Below are positions 40,790 to 55,126 of a stretch of DNA of 64,000 nucleotides, one piece after another (the first letter of the stretch is position 1; every line of letters begins with the position of its first letter). The translations under genes and the position numbers were made by a program. The stretch is from Octopus vulgaris (taxonomy: Eukaryota): positions 97,650,001 through 97,714,000 of the forward strand of contig OX597822.1 in assembly GCA_951406725.2 (NCBI GenBank), written 5' to 3'. The notes under the pieces are model-generated. The model saw nothing but the letters and a program-made list of their open reading frames with translations. It was not told the origin of the DNA and searched no databases.

Positions 40790-41070
40790 GCTCTAGAGCC
40801 AACATTTACAGAAGAGGTGACAACAGGTAGCCTTGATAGACAGAGCATGTGTAGCAAAATGGTTCCGATAGGTGGCCATCTACTTTGACTCCCGAGCAGG
40901 TTCCGCTGTGCATTGAAGCAATCCAGCGATGGTCGACTCTTTTGAATGCTTTGCATTGACCCAAATTGATCAGTTTCCCACGGAAGCCGGCTTTGGTTCC
41001 AGCCCTCTCTATGATGTGTCGCATAAGGTGGAGTCTGTCGTGGATAGATCTGTTGTGTAACACAAGAAGC
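40790..41070 (-). mobile_element. L1/Tx1-like RT fragment
   Basis: RSIHDRLHLMR, LINLGQCKAFKRVDH, VDGHLSEPF, SVYQGYLLSPLL. Confidence 0.7.
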
Positions 41071-41074
41071 CAGT

Positions 41075-44000
41075 GCCATTTTGTACGAGATCTCGCCGGC
41101 AGCCATTACCATGTCCGAAACACGCCTACAACCATGTTGCCATGCGCGAGACCACAGCGAGACTCTCGTGGGCAACATCTATTTAAGAAGGCGTATTAGA
41201 TGACCTGTGCATCTACGTCGCAAAGTTCGGGGTAAAGGCAATAAAGTACAAACAATCATGTAGCTTCGAGACCCCTTCACCAGCGACCCAGAGAAACTTC
41301 AGGGGCCAGCCGACATTGAACGCCCTGGTGGCCGGCAGACATGACCAAATACTCCTCTATGTCTGCAATTGCAGCTCCAGGCGCAGGCTCCTAATCGACA
41401 CAGGAGCAGAAGTCAGCGTGATCGCGGCATCGGCAAGGGACCACCATCATGGAAAGCGGAGCCAACCTTTAACAGCCACCAACGGGTTCACAATCGAGGC
41501 ATACGGTCGTTGCACCCTTTCTCTAAACATTGACTCACAAAAATACAAATGGTCATTCACCATGTCCTTCAACCCATAATCGATGCAGACTTTCTTTGAG
41601 CACACTTACTACTGGTTGATTTGGGTGGGGGAGACGATTCCTCGACAACAACACATACGCTTCTGTGCCTCTTGCAACATCTGCTCATGCCTCCCCTCAC
41701 ATAGCAACCATCTCGCAGACCAAAAACGAATTCTCGGATCTTCTTGTAAGTAGCCCCAATCTCACCACCCCGACATTTTCCAAACTTACAGCCCATCACA
41801 GAGTGACACACCACATCTCTACCACCGGCCCCTCCCCTCAATGCACAGCTGCACACGTCGTCTATCACCTGACAAATTTGCAATCGCAAAGGCCGAGTTC
41901 GACAATATGGAAGCATCGGGCATAGTTCGCTGATCAAGCAGTCCCTGATCAAGCAGTCCCTGATCATCACTCTTGTGTATGGCCCCCAAATCCAACTGAG
42001 GTTATCGACCCTGCAGAGATTACCGCCGTCTCAAAGTGGATACGACACCTGACTGCTACCCCATTTCGCCCATACAGGATTTTTCAGCCCAGTTAGCCGG
42101 GAGCTCGGTTTTTTCCAAGGTTGACCTCATCCGCAGATACCACCAAATACCAGTACAAGACGACGATGTACCGAAAACTGCTGTGATCACTCCTTTCAGT
42201 CTGTACAAATTCCTACGTACACCTTTTGGGCTGAAAAACGCAGCACAAGCCTTCCAACGCCTCGATTTTGTCTTTTGCATACTTAGATGATATCCTTATT
42301 GCAATCCCAAATGCAGAGCTACATAAGAGGCACTTAGTGACCCTTTTGGATAGGCTGGAACAGTATGGTTTAGTAATTAACCCGGTCAAGTACATTTTGG
42401 TGCGACAGAAATCGACTTCTTGGGACATCGAACTACAAGTGCCAGCACTACACTCCTGCCAGAGAAAGTGAAAGCTATCCTATCCGTTCCATGCCCCACC
42501 ACAAGCAAGGCTCTACACCAATTTGTGGGCATGGTAAACTTTTACTATCGTTTCATTCCTTCTGCAGCAAAAGTGATGAGATTTCTATACAAGGCACTGT
42601 CAAAAGAGGGTTCAAAAAGACAAGTGGAGTGGGATAGTACAATGGCCCCAGTCTTCGAATCCGCAAAACAAGCCCTGGCTCAAGCAACCATACTGTCCCA
42701 TACTCATATGTCAACTTGGACTGCACTCACAGTTGACACATCTGACGCAGCCAATATGGGCGTTTCGGAACAACACATCTCGTCTTCTTCAGCCGACAAC
42801 TACGACCCCCTGAACAAAAATACAGTGCTTTTGACTGGGGACTACTGGCTGTCCATCTAGGTGTCCGCCACTTTTGCTATTTCCTTACAGTATACACGGA
42901 TCACAAACCACTCACCTTTGCTATGAGCAAGCTCTCAGAGCCTTGGTTGGCACGCCACCAACAAATGCTATCGGCAATTTCTGAGTACTCTACAGACATC
43001 CAATACATAGCTGGCAAGGGCAACCCAGTTGCTGACGCACTCTCTCGTGCTCCTACCTGCTCTCACACCTACCTAGCACCAATAACGGAAGGTTGGATTA
43101 TGAAGCTATGGCTGCAACCCAACAGATAGATGACGAGATAAGGGCCTACCGCATTGCTATCACATCACTTTCTTAGCAGGATGTACACTTTGGCTCTAAC
43201 TGCAAAACCCTACTGTGTGACGTATCCACTGGGAAGCCACGACCGATCGTCCCATCAGCCTGGCGTAAGAAAGTTTTCCACATCGTTCGCGGACTTTTCT
43301 ACCCAGGTACTAAATCCACACGGCGGCTGCTGTCAAGCAAATTTATCTGGCACAATATGGCCAAGCAAATCGGGGACTGGACCAGGTCCTGCGTCTCCTG
43401 TCAACAAGCTGAGGTCCATCAACATACCGAAGCACCCATCGGCAACTATGAACCACCTCAGGCCCGATTCAGCTATGTCAACATCGACCTTGTCGGCCCC
43501 CTACCACTTTCACAGGGTTCCTCGTATCTACTAACCTTGGTAGACCGCTACACCTGAAGCTATGCCTCTCCGCTGCACGGAAACACAAGAAGTCAGCCGA
43601 ACCTTCATCGCAAACTGGGTTGCCCGTTTTGGTGTTCCAGATAGCATCTTATCCGATCGGGGTCCACAATTCACCTCAAAGCTATGGAATGACATGTGTG
43701 ATCTTTTCAGAATCACAATGAATCGTACAACAGCCTTCCACCCACAGACCAACGAATTAGTGGAGAGACTTCACCGCCGTCTGGAGGAATCCCTGACAAC
43801 CAGACTTAATGGACCAAATTGGATTGATCAACTCCCGTGGGCGATGCTAGGAATCTGCCCTGCCCCAAAAGAAAATCTCGGCACTTCCTCCGCGGAAATG
43901 GTGTACGGTGCTACTCTTACAGTGCCAGGAGAGTTCCTTCCGAATACGAAGTCGGATCTGGAATTCAAACGGTACTTCGCTCAACTGAGAGACAGTGTGG

Positions 44001-44589
44001 GCCAGTTCGCCTTGTTCCCACGTCAACACACGGTATACCCGGATCATCCGTACCAAATGACATCCGCACGGCTAACTTTGTGGTCGTTCGACGTGACACA
44101 CGACGAAAACCCCTCTAGTCACTCTACGATGGTCCATATCAAGTCATACATCCGGGAGATGAAACATTCCAACTCCTAATTGGAGGATGACAAGACAGTC
44201 TTCATCGATAGAGTGAAACCAACCCATCTCGATATTGACAGCCCCGTTCAAGTGGCCCAGACACCAAACAGGGGCCGTCCTAGACAGATCACACCAACTC
44301 TTGACAAGGAACGGTCACCAAATAACCGAGTAACCACACGCATGGACGGGGCAATTAAAATGCCTTCCCGTTTCCAATGATAGTCAACAGTTCTTGGGGG
44401 TGGGGTAGCTATGTAGGGCAGGGATTCGTGACAGACAAACTGTAGACAGGAACTTCGCTGCGGGCTAGCTAAATGAACTAAGCAGAAATAACTGGCGACT
44501 TAAGCCCTGGTGTACATAAAGTAATAAACCTTTGATAAATGCGTTCTTTTCTCCACTAGTTTGTTTGCGTATAGCTTAACAAAACTATA
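41075..44589 (+). mobile_element. Degenerate Ty3/gypsy LTR retrotransposon (gag end, PR, RT, RH, IN, 3' LTR)
   Basis: LIDTGAEVSVI, FSKVDL...YHQIP, PFGLKNAAQAFQR, YLDDIL, YTDHKPL, IDLVGPLP, SDRGPQFTS in gypsy order. G-rich PPT at ~44396-44408. LTR 44412-44589 (TGTAG...CTATA) with AATAAA. No 5' LTR seen. Confidence 0.92.
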
Positions 44590-45729
44590 GGGTGATCATT
44601 ATAAAAGTTTAGCTTGTCATTCTTCTGGCTTCTTGCTCGCTGGTGATTATATCAGCTACCGTCCTATATTGTAAAGTATAATAGCCATCTCAATATGGCT
44701 AACCACAAAGGGTGGGTGTTACTGTAGCTTTTAGCCCCAGGAGATCATCGTCTCCAGCTGGCTTTAGGCACACTATCTGTGCCCTTATGGTATTTGCAAA
44801 GGGAGGCCATCCCTTTCTCGTAAGCCTAAGTGATACGCACGGGCCGCAGTTTCGAGGTTGTTGCCTCTTGTCAACGGGCGGTAATCACCGGTTTACGATG
44901 AAAGGGAAAGCCTGTATGCAAATACTTAAGTGTTTTTCTAGTAACTTCCGTCACTGATTTCGAAAAACTGTCTGCAAGCATTAATAAATCTCTGAACGAG
45001 ATTCCCGTCCTATATTATTTTCCTTTATATATGTGTAGCACTGAGGGCCACACACCTTGAAGGTATTTTCCTGTTTCTGCCGGTGTAGGAAATTTACCCT
45101 TCATTAAGCAACAGAACACCTGGTTTTGCTATATCATTTTTGTACTAGAGGATTTTACCTAGATCTTGCATCCGATGCACAGTTCACTGGCTAACTGCCT
45201 TCTAAAAAGATAAAAGGTTGCTTTTTTTTATGTTGCTATTGTTGTTTTCCACGTTTTTTGACGTTATTACTACTGTTCTCCGTGATATCTGCATTCTTGT
45301 TTTCGTTTTCACTCTTTATTGTTCACACTGTTGCTGTTGTTATCGTTGTTGCTGCTTGTTTGTTTGTTGAGCGCCTGGGAGAAGTCCGAAGCGTGGTCCT
45401 TTGCTATTCGTAAGACCCACAGAAGAGAAAGCAGGTCAACCGCCGACACCGAGAGCATCGACGGATGGACGAATGCTCATCCAGGCTCACATCCACACAC
45501 ACATACATATATGCATAACTATACATACTTACATACATACATATATACAGATATGCATGCATACACACACATGTTATTTGATAACACCTAGAAGAAGGTG
45601 CTTTATTCCACTCAACAAAATGAATGGAGAAACTGATGTCATTAGACAGTATCCAATATTCATTGGGTGTTTTGACCCTGAACCGTAATACCCTCACATT
45701 GGTGGGTCAACAGAAGTGGCCAAATCTCT

Positions 45730-46332
45730 GCTTCTCATCTCCTCTTGGCTTCCAGCTTAACACCTCTCTCTTGCTCCATAACCAATAAGAGGCTCTTTCA
45801 GCTGCTTCTCCCATCCTGTGCACAAACACCCTTCGCCCCTTTCCTCTCATTCCAGTGGCTGTAAGCATCATCCATACCTATCGGTCAGGGAATCCCCTAG
45901 AACCAACTTCAACCGGCAAAAGCCACAACTGCCACCCCTTCTCTCTGCCATCCCTTCAGAAGGCTCTCATACTTGGTATGCTTCAGTTTGTGGGACTGAT
46001 AACAACTTTCTTCCCACAGGACTGTAAGCTCAATCAAAATAATTTTCTTAGTCTTTTCATAACCACTTCTGGTCTCAGGGTTGTATGGATGACTTAGGGA
46101 AACTGCAGTTTCCCCACCAGGTCCACTTTCATATCCCATGATTGGGATCTATGTAACAAGCTATATGTCTTTTCTGCTGTCCTTACTGGCCTCTCTCCCT
46201 CTTTTGCGAACTTAATTATGGCTGTTGTTTTCCCCTGATGAAGATGTTCCTTGAGACTTTTCCGCTGCAAGATGTGAGCAAGTGTTGCAAGCATCCTATC
46301 ATGGCACCACTTGTATCTCCCTTGAGAAAGTG
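45730..46332 (-). mobile_element. HERO-like non-LTR fragment
   Basis: ALSQGRYKWCHDRML, WDMKVDLVGKLQFP, IILIELTVLWEE, LPVEVGSRGF. Confidence 0.8.
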
Positions 46333-46347
46333 CTATTGAGCTATATT

Positions 46348-46386
<39 letters not shown>

Positions 46387-46739
46387 CGTCGCCTTACTGC
46401 CACTTGTGCCAGTGGCACATGAAAAACCATTCGAGCGAGGTCGTTGCCAGTACCACCTTACTGCCACTTGTGCCAGTGGCACATGAAAAACCATTCGAGT
46501 GAGGTCGTTGCCAGTACCATCTGACTGGCCCCCGTGCCAGTGGCACGTAAAAGCACCCACTACACTCTCGGAGTTGGTTGGCGATAGGAAGGGCATCCAG
46601 CTGTAGAAACTCTGCCAGATCAAGATTGGAGCCTGGTGCAGCCATCTGGTTCGCCAGTCCTCAGTCAAATCATCCAACCCATGCTAGCATGGGAAGCGGA
46701 CGTTAAACAATGAAGATGATGATGATGATATATAAATAA

Positions 46740-46795
<56 letters not shown>

Positions 46796-47314
46796 GATAG
46801 TTTTTTACCCCTTTCTGTCTGCCAAATTCCTTTATAAGGCTTATAATTGGCATTTTTTATAGCAAAGTATTTTTATTTAGCAACATATTTTTTTACAAGA
46901 AGAAAAGAAAGAAAAAAATTAAAAGTATAAAATATTAAATTATTAAGATCCACCCCACCCATGCCAGAATTACTTCACCTAGGACACAAAGCAAAGGAAA
47001 AGTGGAGGGGTGGAATTAAGCAACAAAGGATGGCAGGGGATGGAGTAACAGGTTGTACATTCTAGTCCAAATGATATGCTCAGCCATGCCTCTCTCTTTA
47101 CTCTTTACTCTTTTACTTGTTTCAGTCATTTGACTGTGGCCATGCTGGAGCACCGCCTTTAGTCGAGCAAATCGACCCCGGGATTTATTCTTTGTAAGCC
47201 CAGTACTTATTCTATCAGTCTCTTTTGCCGAACCGCTAAGTGACGGGGACATAAATACACCAGCATCGGTTATCAAGCAATGCTAGGGGGACAAACACAG
47301 ACACACAAACATAT

Positions 47315-47361
<47 letters not shown>

Positions 47362-48224
47362 TACGACAGGCTTCTTTCGGTTTCCATCTACCAAATCCAC
47401 TCACAAGGCATTGGTCAGCCCGGGGCTATAGCAGAAGACACTTGCCCAAGATGCCACGCAGTGGGACTGAACCCGGAACCATGTGGTTGATAAGCAAGCT
47501 ACTTACCACACAGCCACTCCTGTGCCTCATGGACATAAATGCAAAGATGTTGCCATGGAGAATGCCCAGTGACACTTGCAACATCCATTCCACCTTGCGG
47601 GGCTCATTTCTCAAATGTGTAGCAGTCATCTTGATTTTGCTAAGGAAATTAGCTGTATGGGGTCCGAAGTCTTGACAGGAGCCTGTACAAATGACACACA
47701 GTGGGACTGAACCTGAGATGACGTGATTGGGAAGCAAGCTTTTTATGACACATGACCATGGTTGTGCTGCACTGTGTAATGAGATTTACTTTATTTTAGT
47801 CTCTGGTCAGTAAGTGTTGTTTCCTAGTTGCCTCTATCTAGAAATCAAAGGAAATGACTACTATTCCCTTCAAACTTTGCTTTTGTGACTTGGACATCAA
47901 TGTTTTGAAACTGACCAATTTTCCATTACATTTCAGACAGAGTCAGCACTGAGTTGCTGAAGCAGAAATATCGTTATATCAAATATTCTGCTCAATACCA
48001 CAGATTTGCTTGTCAGTTGCTTGACCTTAACCACTTAAGCATATCTCTTAATGGCTGACAGAATTGGCATCTCTGATCGTGAGCAGGAGTAGTGAGGGAT
48101 CATTATAGCCATGTGCTGAGAGGTATTTTTGGGGTTTGAATAACTGTAATAGATGCAAAGTTTAAAGGAAATATTAGCCATTTTTCATACTTTCTAAGGG
48201 TAAGTAAGTAGGAAATGACTGTTG

Positions 48225-49768
48225 CTACCCAACGACAAAGACCTTGTTACACGGTGTTATTGAAATCAGTAAGAAAATGCTCAGAGTATTATAATGTAAT
48301 GAGTACTCACGATTTGGACAACAATATTGTGATGAGTGGCAACCACTAGGATAACATGCCTTTGATGTTCTGGTGTCTGAGATACCACATACTGAAGCAC
48401 ATTGTTGTAAGTTATTTCCATAATCTGTGCAAGAGGCACCTACTTGTCTTCTAGAAATATCTCCACATCTATGTGTGCAGGCAGACCATTGAGTAATTCG
48501 TTTAGAAGAACATTTGTTTGGAGGTTTGCTACGGCCTTTACCCAGCCACCATGTTTGCACCGGTTGGAGACAGACTAAAACAATTATCGTTAGCCATCGA
48601 GTGCTATGCATTGTTTATGAGATAAATAATTCTTTCTTCACACAATTATTTTCTTCAATTTTTGTGCACAATTCAATCCTTTAATAGTTACTGCACCAAA
48701 GTTTGGTATTGAAAGTCATTCCTAGTTGACTTACCCTCTGTAATGGACACTGAAAATCATTTTGCAAAGTGCTTTGAAACATGCTGAGGAACGCAGCAAA
48801 AATCTCATTGGTCAGAGATTAACATTAACTTGAGCCACTAAAAGCTCTTTTAATCAAGGGGGATCAATTCAGTTTTGAGAATATGAATAATAGTTATCTG
48901 AAAAACATTTCACGTTTTTGTTTTCTTTTTGATTGGAATATAGGTTATCAATGTTGTCAACGCCCCAGCGATTAGTTGCTTCATATTACTTGTTGTTGCT
49001 GTGGTGGTGGCTGGGTAGAGGGTAGAAGAGGAAGATGATGATGATTGTATGGGGTGGTCAGACAGAGGGTGATGTAGGAGTGGATAAGGTGTTGGTAGAA
49101 GGTGATCAAGAAGTATATGGGGTAGAGGGTGGCTGTAAAGCAATCTAGTTGGTGGGTAGTGGTTGGTAATAAAGGGCAAAAAGAGGCTCATATGGAGGGT
49201 GAGTAGAAAGCAATACAATAGTGGGTGGGCAAAGTTTAATGTAGTGGGTGGACCGAAGGGTAGCAGGGAGGAAAAAGGTGTTGTAGTGTGTGCGTAGAAT
49301 TAGGGTGACTGCAATTTTGTTAGTGGGTGGAAGGTAGGGAAGTGAATAAATTCCAAGGTAATATCATGTATCCTCAGTTCCAGTGGATATCTGTGGGTTA
49401 ACCTTGCAACAGATTGGGGTACCATCTGTACTAGTGGCAGTTTGTGGGTTAACCTAGCAAGAAATTGGAGTACCCTCAGTATCAGTGGCAGCTGATAGGT
49501 TTACCCTCAGCAGACTACTTTACCCTCACTCCTAGTGGCTGTTGGTAGCTAAAGCCTACAACAGACTGGCATCATCAGTACTAGTGGTAGCTTGGTGAAA
49601 TAGTCTTGCAACGGACTGGCTGTGTGGTTAAGGAGCTCATTTTCCCAACCATGCAGTCATGGTTTCAGTACCACTGCATGGTTCCTTGGGCAACGGTTTT
49701 CTCTTATAGCTCTGGGCTGATCAAATCCTTGTGAATGGATCTGGTACATGGAATCTGAAAGAAGCCCA

Positions 49769-49770
<2 letters not shown>
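48225..49770. repeat. Older, more diverged paralog of the triplicated cassette (V5 unit)
   Basis: Colinear with about 59300-60760: exon, upstream aagtcattcc-gttgactta block, G/T-rich tract, ~41-bp minisatellite, SINE head. Confidence 0.88.
48311..48611 (-). CDS. Variable first exon V5, proximal (signal peptide + TSP1-like domain, 100 aa + 1 nt)
   Basis: ATG at 48611; MHSTRWLTIIVLVCLQPVQT signal-like; WSACTHRCG...CCPN; donor C|GTGAGT, phase 1 (301 nt). Confidence 0.9.
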
Positions 49771-49811
<41 letters not shown>

Positions 49812-50087
49812 TACACACACACACACTCATGTAAATGTGAAGGCATGTAGCCAAGTGGTTAAGGTGTTCCACTCACAACCGCTAGATTGTGAGTTCAGTT
49901 CCTGGACCAGGTGGTACATTATGTTCTTGAACAAAGTACTTCATTTCACGTTGCTATGCAGGGGGAAGACTGGCAAAATCACTGGCATATTAGCAGAAAA
50001 GCTTTACAATATATTTTCCAGCTCTCTACATTCTGAGCACAAATCCAGCCTGTCTGGAGAAGGTAATAGGAAACCACTCCAGTATTC

Positions 50088-50290
<203 letters not shown>

Positions 50291-50621
50291 CGCAATGGCC
50301 TAGTGGTTAGGGCAGCGGACTCGCGGTCGTAGGATCGCGGTTTCGATTCCCAGAGCGGGCGTTGTGAGTGTTTATTGAGCGAAAACACCTAAAAGCTCCA
50401 CAAGGCTCCGGCAGGGGGTGGTGATCCCTGCTGTACTCTTTCACCACTCTTTCTCCCACTCTTTCTTCTGTTGGCCTGCTCGCTTAGCCAGCGGGGTGGC
50501 GTCATCCGAAGGCTAAAACAATGCGAACGCATTGTGACCAGCAATGTGTAACTACATCTGATGGACTGGTCGGTCACGTGATCACTATATATATATCACG
50601 TGATCACGGGATATATATATA

Positions 50622-50914
50622 TAGTAGTTGTATACTGTCAACTCAACGTCCTGTAACAGGAATCACATCACCGCTATTTAGCCCTAAGAAGCATCGATGC
50701 TTCCTATTGGCTTTGACACATGTCCTGTGTCCTTATATTTGCAAAGGGGAGGCAAGCACACCTGCCAGCTAGGATTAGCACCCCTTTGCAAATATAAGGA
50801 CACAGGAAATGTGTCAAAGCTGACAGGAAGCGTCGATGCTTCCTAGGGCTGAATAGCGGTGGTGTGATTCCTTTTACGGGACTGTCACGTTGAGTTGACA
50901 GTATACAACCACTA
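50622..50914. repeat. Foldback inverted repeat, ~125-bp arms
   Basis: tagttgtatactgtcaactcaacg...tttgcaaagggg pairs with cccctttgcaaa...cgttgagttgacagtatacaacca. Confidence 0.9.
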
Positions 50915-50986
50915 CATCGCCCCACCACCGCTCATGTCTCTCTGAGACATTTAGAAATTCAATATTTTTAATATATATATATATAT

Positions 50987-51205
50987 TAGTGGTTTTCAAC
51001 CAGGGTTCCTCGGAACCTTAGGGTTCCGCCAGTACAGTCCAGGGGTTCCGCAAGAAGTTACAAAACTGCTAAAATCGGCAGTAATTTTTAATTCTCCTGT
51101 GCAGATATGTGTGCATAAGACTATTAAATTATTGCACAGGGGTTCCTCGAGCCAGTGGAATGTTTCCTTGGGGTTCCACTCCAGAAAAAAGTTTGAAAAG
51201 CACTG
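50987..51205. mobile_element. hAT-like MITE in (TA)n
   Basis: TIRs TAGTGGTTTTCAAC / GTTTGAAAAGCACTG. Confidence 0.75.
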
Positions 51206-51451
51206 ATATATATATATATATATATATGTATGTCAAAAATGAGGGTGAAAAAATTGGATATTAATTTAATAACATCAATTTAAACACCAGTGGTCTAGCA
51301 CATAAAAGACTGAGATTCAGTAAATATTATTAATACACAAATATGAGAGAGAATCCACTATGATCCGCAAGGGTTCTTAGTGGTTGGGACCCTTGCGGAT
51401 CTATCTCTAGCGTAAGAGCGTCCACATAGTGGATTCTCTCTCATATTTGTA

Positions 51452-51487
<36 letters not shown>

Positions 51488-52679
51488 TGTATGTATGTAT
51501 GTATGTATGTATGTATGTATGTATGTATGTATGTATCAATGTGGGTGTCTTTGTGCCTGTGTTATATTTGTTCCACACTGCTACTTGACAACTGGTGTTA
51601 CTTTGTTTACATCCCCATAATTTTGCACTACAGTAAAAAAACTTATAGAATAAGCACAAAGCTTAAAAATAAGTGCAGGGGTTTATTGGTTCCATTAAAC
51701 ATTTCAAGACAGTGCACGTGCATGGCTGTAGTCCAGTGAGTGAAGCAAGTACAAGACTAAACAATAGACTTTATCATTTAACATCTATACTGTGTTTGTA
51801 GAAGCTTTGGTATTGGGGTACTGTTGTGGTAGTGGTGATGGTTGTATTGGTAGTGGGTTGATGGTGTTGTAGTGGTGTTTTCTAGTGTTATGATGATAAT
51901 AGTGTTGGTGGTGGTGATGATGATAACGATGATGATGTTGGTGGTAGTGGTGCTGGGGATTGTCATGATGATGATGATGATGAAAATGACTGTACGGTTT
52001 CACTACCGCTACTGCTGATATTTATGAGGATGATGATGATGATGATGATGACGATGATAGCGATGATGATGGTGGTGGTGGTGATGATGACAATGATGAT
52101 GAAGATGGTGATGATGACGATAACACCACTGATGATAATGCTAAGGATGTCATGCTAATGTTGCTGCAAGTAATGATGATGATAATGATGATAACGATGG
52201 CAGTGATTGTGATGATACAGATGATGATGTAGAGATAGTGATGGAGAGATGATGAAGATGGTGACATAGACCATTGTTAAAGTTATACTATACAATTATT
52301 ATGATGTTATATGGTCGTACCGCCTTACTGGCCCTCGTGCTGGTGGCATGTAAAAGCACCCACTACACTCTCAGAGTGGTTGGTGTTAGGAAGGGCATCC
52401 AGCTGTAGAAACTCTGCCAGATCAAGATTGGAGCCTGGTGCAGCCACCTGGTTTGCCAGTCTTCAGTCAAATCGTCCAACCCATGCTAGCATGGAAAGCG
52501 CACGTTAAACGATGATGATGATGTTTATATTGTACAACAGGCAGGTATGTGAGATTAAGGAATGTCTTGGTTATGACATTAAACTGCATCCAGTCATGGA
52601 ACCCTCTTAGCCACTATTGCTTCCAGGCCTACTTTAATCTGGAGTCGTAACACCTCTCAGGGTCCCAGGTATAAGGTAA

Positions 52680-52899
52680 CCCTTTAGCATTCAGATTATT
52701 TTGTCAAACATAATGCTTATTTATTCATATGGTTTTGATTTAATCATGCATCATCTTGCAGCTTAGCGATTTTGAGGATGTGATTGTTTATTTCTAGAAT
52801 GACATTGTAGGATAGGTGTGAGAGTCCAGATATGGCCAGTTTTAACATAAAACAGGTAGAATATTTGGGCCAGATATGGCTGGGTTAAATTTTAAAGGG
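52680..52899. mobile_element. piggyBac-like MITE (second, degenerate copy ~38120-38303)
   Basis: CCCTTTAG...TAAAGGG termini with GTAA/TTAA flanks. Confidence 0.6.
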
Positions 52900-54737
52900 T
52901 TAACAGGCTAGTCAAACAGACAGATGGAGCTCATTAACCTGGAGGTGATGGGGGTCAACCCAGCTAAGAGAAGGGAAACTCTGATTCCAATCTCACCCCC
53001 ACTGCCATGGGAAAGGCTTCAGGAATTAACCCTAGGGAAAAATCAGGAGTCAGTGTCTCTGAATCTCTTTGATGTTGTCTACAATCTTAGTCTGGTAATT
53101 TCTGTAGCAACGTTGGTGCTAAATTGTAATGGCTGTGCTGTTTCTTTGGACCCATCAGTGATGTGGAGGGTTTGGGACCCACTGGCATGGGCTAAGACCT
53201 ATTCTGAATAACATACTGTCCAGATTTAGATCCTATTGAACACTCTATACTGGGGAGATACAACTGGATATCACACTGGAGAGTACAATTCAAACATCAC
53301 TGGGACAGTTCACTAGAGTAACTTGTGTGACACTGACTGCCATTTCCATATTTAAGGGACATAATTTTCTTCTACTTGAACCTTGTCACACTTAACTAAA
53401 AGCTGGTCCCTTGAAAACATCCCAGAGTACAGGAGATCCCAACATCTAAAGTCGTGATCATATAAAAGAAATGATAAGATATTTTTGCCCCTTAAATATA
53501 TTTGAAGATTTCCCAAGAAATATTTTTCTCAAATTATAACCACTGCTTATGTATCATAATGAACCCCTGTAAAAGGCCCAGTGAGAAGGCTTACAGTGGA
53601 TTTGAACTCCCGACCCATAATTTGTTGATCTATTTGCCCCTATCGTTGCTGCCACCACTGCTACTGCCTTTGCTGTGACTAAAACCACAGCTACCGGCAC
53701 AACTGCTGTCCCCCCCCAACCCACAGCTGTCACATCTGCTGCCACAACCCCTTCTGTAGCTCCCACCACCTCTGTCAGTGTCATCAACGTCACTGTTATC
53801 ATCATCATCATCATCATCATCATTTAAAGTCCATTTTCCATGCTGGATGGTTTGACAGGAGGTGGCCAGTTGGAGAGCTGCACCAGGCTCCAATTATCTG
53901 TTTTGGCATGGTTTCTACGGCTGGATGCCCTTCCTAATGCCAACCATTCTACAGAGTAAACTGAGTGCTTTTAACGTGGCACCGGCCACAGTACTATTAC
54001 ATGGCACCAGCATGGTTGCTTTGTATCTGGCACCATCATGAGCACTATTTACGTGGCACTGGAACAGGTGCTTTTTACATGCCACTGGCATGGGTGCTTT
54101 TTATGTGACCCTATATTATCTGTAATTATGTGGCCATATATTATCTGTAATTATAAAGGACCACCGCCATTGGTCATGAATGACCATAGGATTGCACCAA
54201 GGAAGTTACCTTCTGTGGCACGAGTCCAGGCCAGGTTGTTTATGGAAGACCAGCAGTTGCCCATTGATGCCAGCTGCCTCTCTCCATGTCACGACGTTAT
54301 CCAAGAGAAAGGCAAAGGCCGATACAGCTTGGCACGAGTGACATTGCAACTCATTTCTACAGCTGAGTTAACTGGAGCAATGTGAAATAAACTGACTTGC
54401 TCAAGAACACAACACACAGCTTGGTCTGGGAATTGAACTCACTACCTCATGATAGTGAGCCTGATTCTGAACACAGTTTACATTTTTGATACTTTATGGA
54501 GACTTATTGTGGATTACTGACAAGGCTTTGGTCATCCTAAGGGCTACGTCAGCACGCCGGGCGAAATGTGTAGCCGTATTTCGTCTGCCGTTACGTTCTG
54601 GGTTCAAATTCCGCCGAGGTCGACTTTGCCTTTCATCCTTTCGAGGTCGATAAATTAAGTACCAGTTACGCACTGGGGTCGAGGTCGATGTAATCGATTT
54701 AATCCGTTTGTCTGTCTTTGTTTGTCCCCTCTGTGTT

Positions 54738-54899
54738 TAGTTTCCGCATCGACCACCAGATAAGGGATCGGGGAACCCTGTCAAAGGCTTTCTCCAAGTC
54801 CACAAAAGCTATGTAGAGGGGTTTATCTTTAGCTAGGTACTTCTCCTGCAGTTGTCGGACCAGGAATATAGCATCAGTGGTGCTTCTACCCGGCACAAA
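54738..54899 (-). mobile_element. Internal RTE RT fragment
   Basis: Nearly identical to 35848-36010 (FVPGRSTTDAIFLVRQLQEKYLAK). Confidence 0.9.
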
Positions 54900-55084
54900 A
54901 TGAAATATATAGTAGACAACAATTGTTGAAGGTATCACACAGTGGGAATGAACCCGAAGCCATGTGATTGGGAAGCAAGCTTTTTAGACACACAGCCACA
55001 GTTGTGTGTGTTTAAATAATAATAAACTTATTACTGAAATTAGGAAGAGAATATTAATAGTATTATAAAGTAGTGAGTACTTAT

Positions 55085-55126
55085 GGTTTGGACAATGATA
55101 TTGCGATGAGTGACATCCATCAGGAT
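55085..55126 (-). pseudogene. Pseudo-exon psiV4: 3' remnant of a variable first exon
   Basis: Translates HPDGCHSSQYHCPN versus YPSGCHSSQYCCPN. The donor is mutated GTGAGT->ATAAGT. The downstream intron resembles that of V5. The 5' part is replaced by a HERO LINE fragment. Confidence 0.8.

Noticed and set aside
48728-48740. GG|GTAAGT donor-like motif upstream of the ATG, suggesting a 5' UTR exon
   Set aside because: The GT is absent in V1 (TTAAGT) and no acceptor AG is conserved across all four cassettes.
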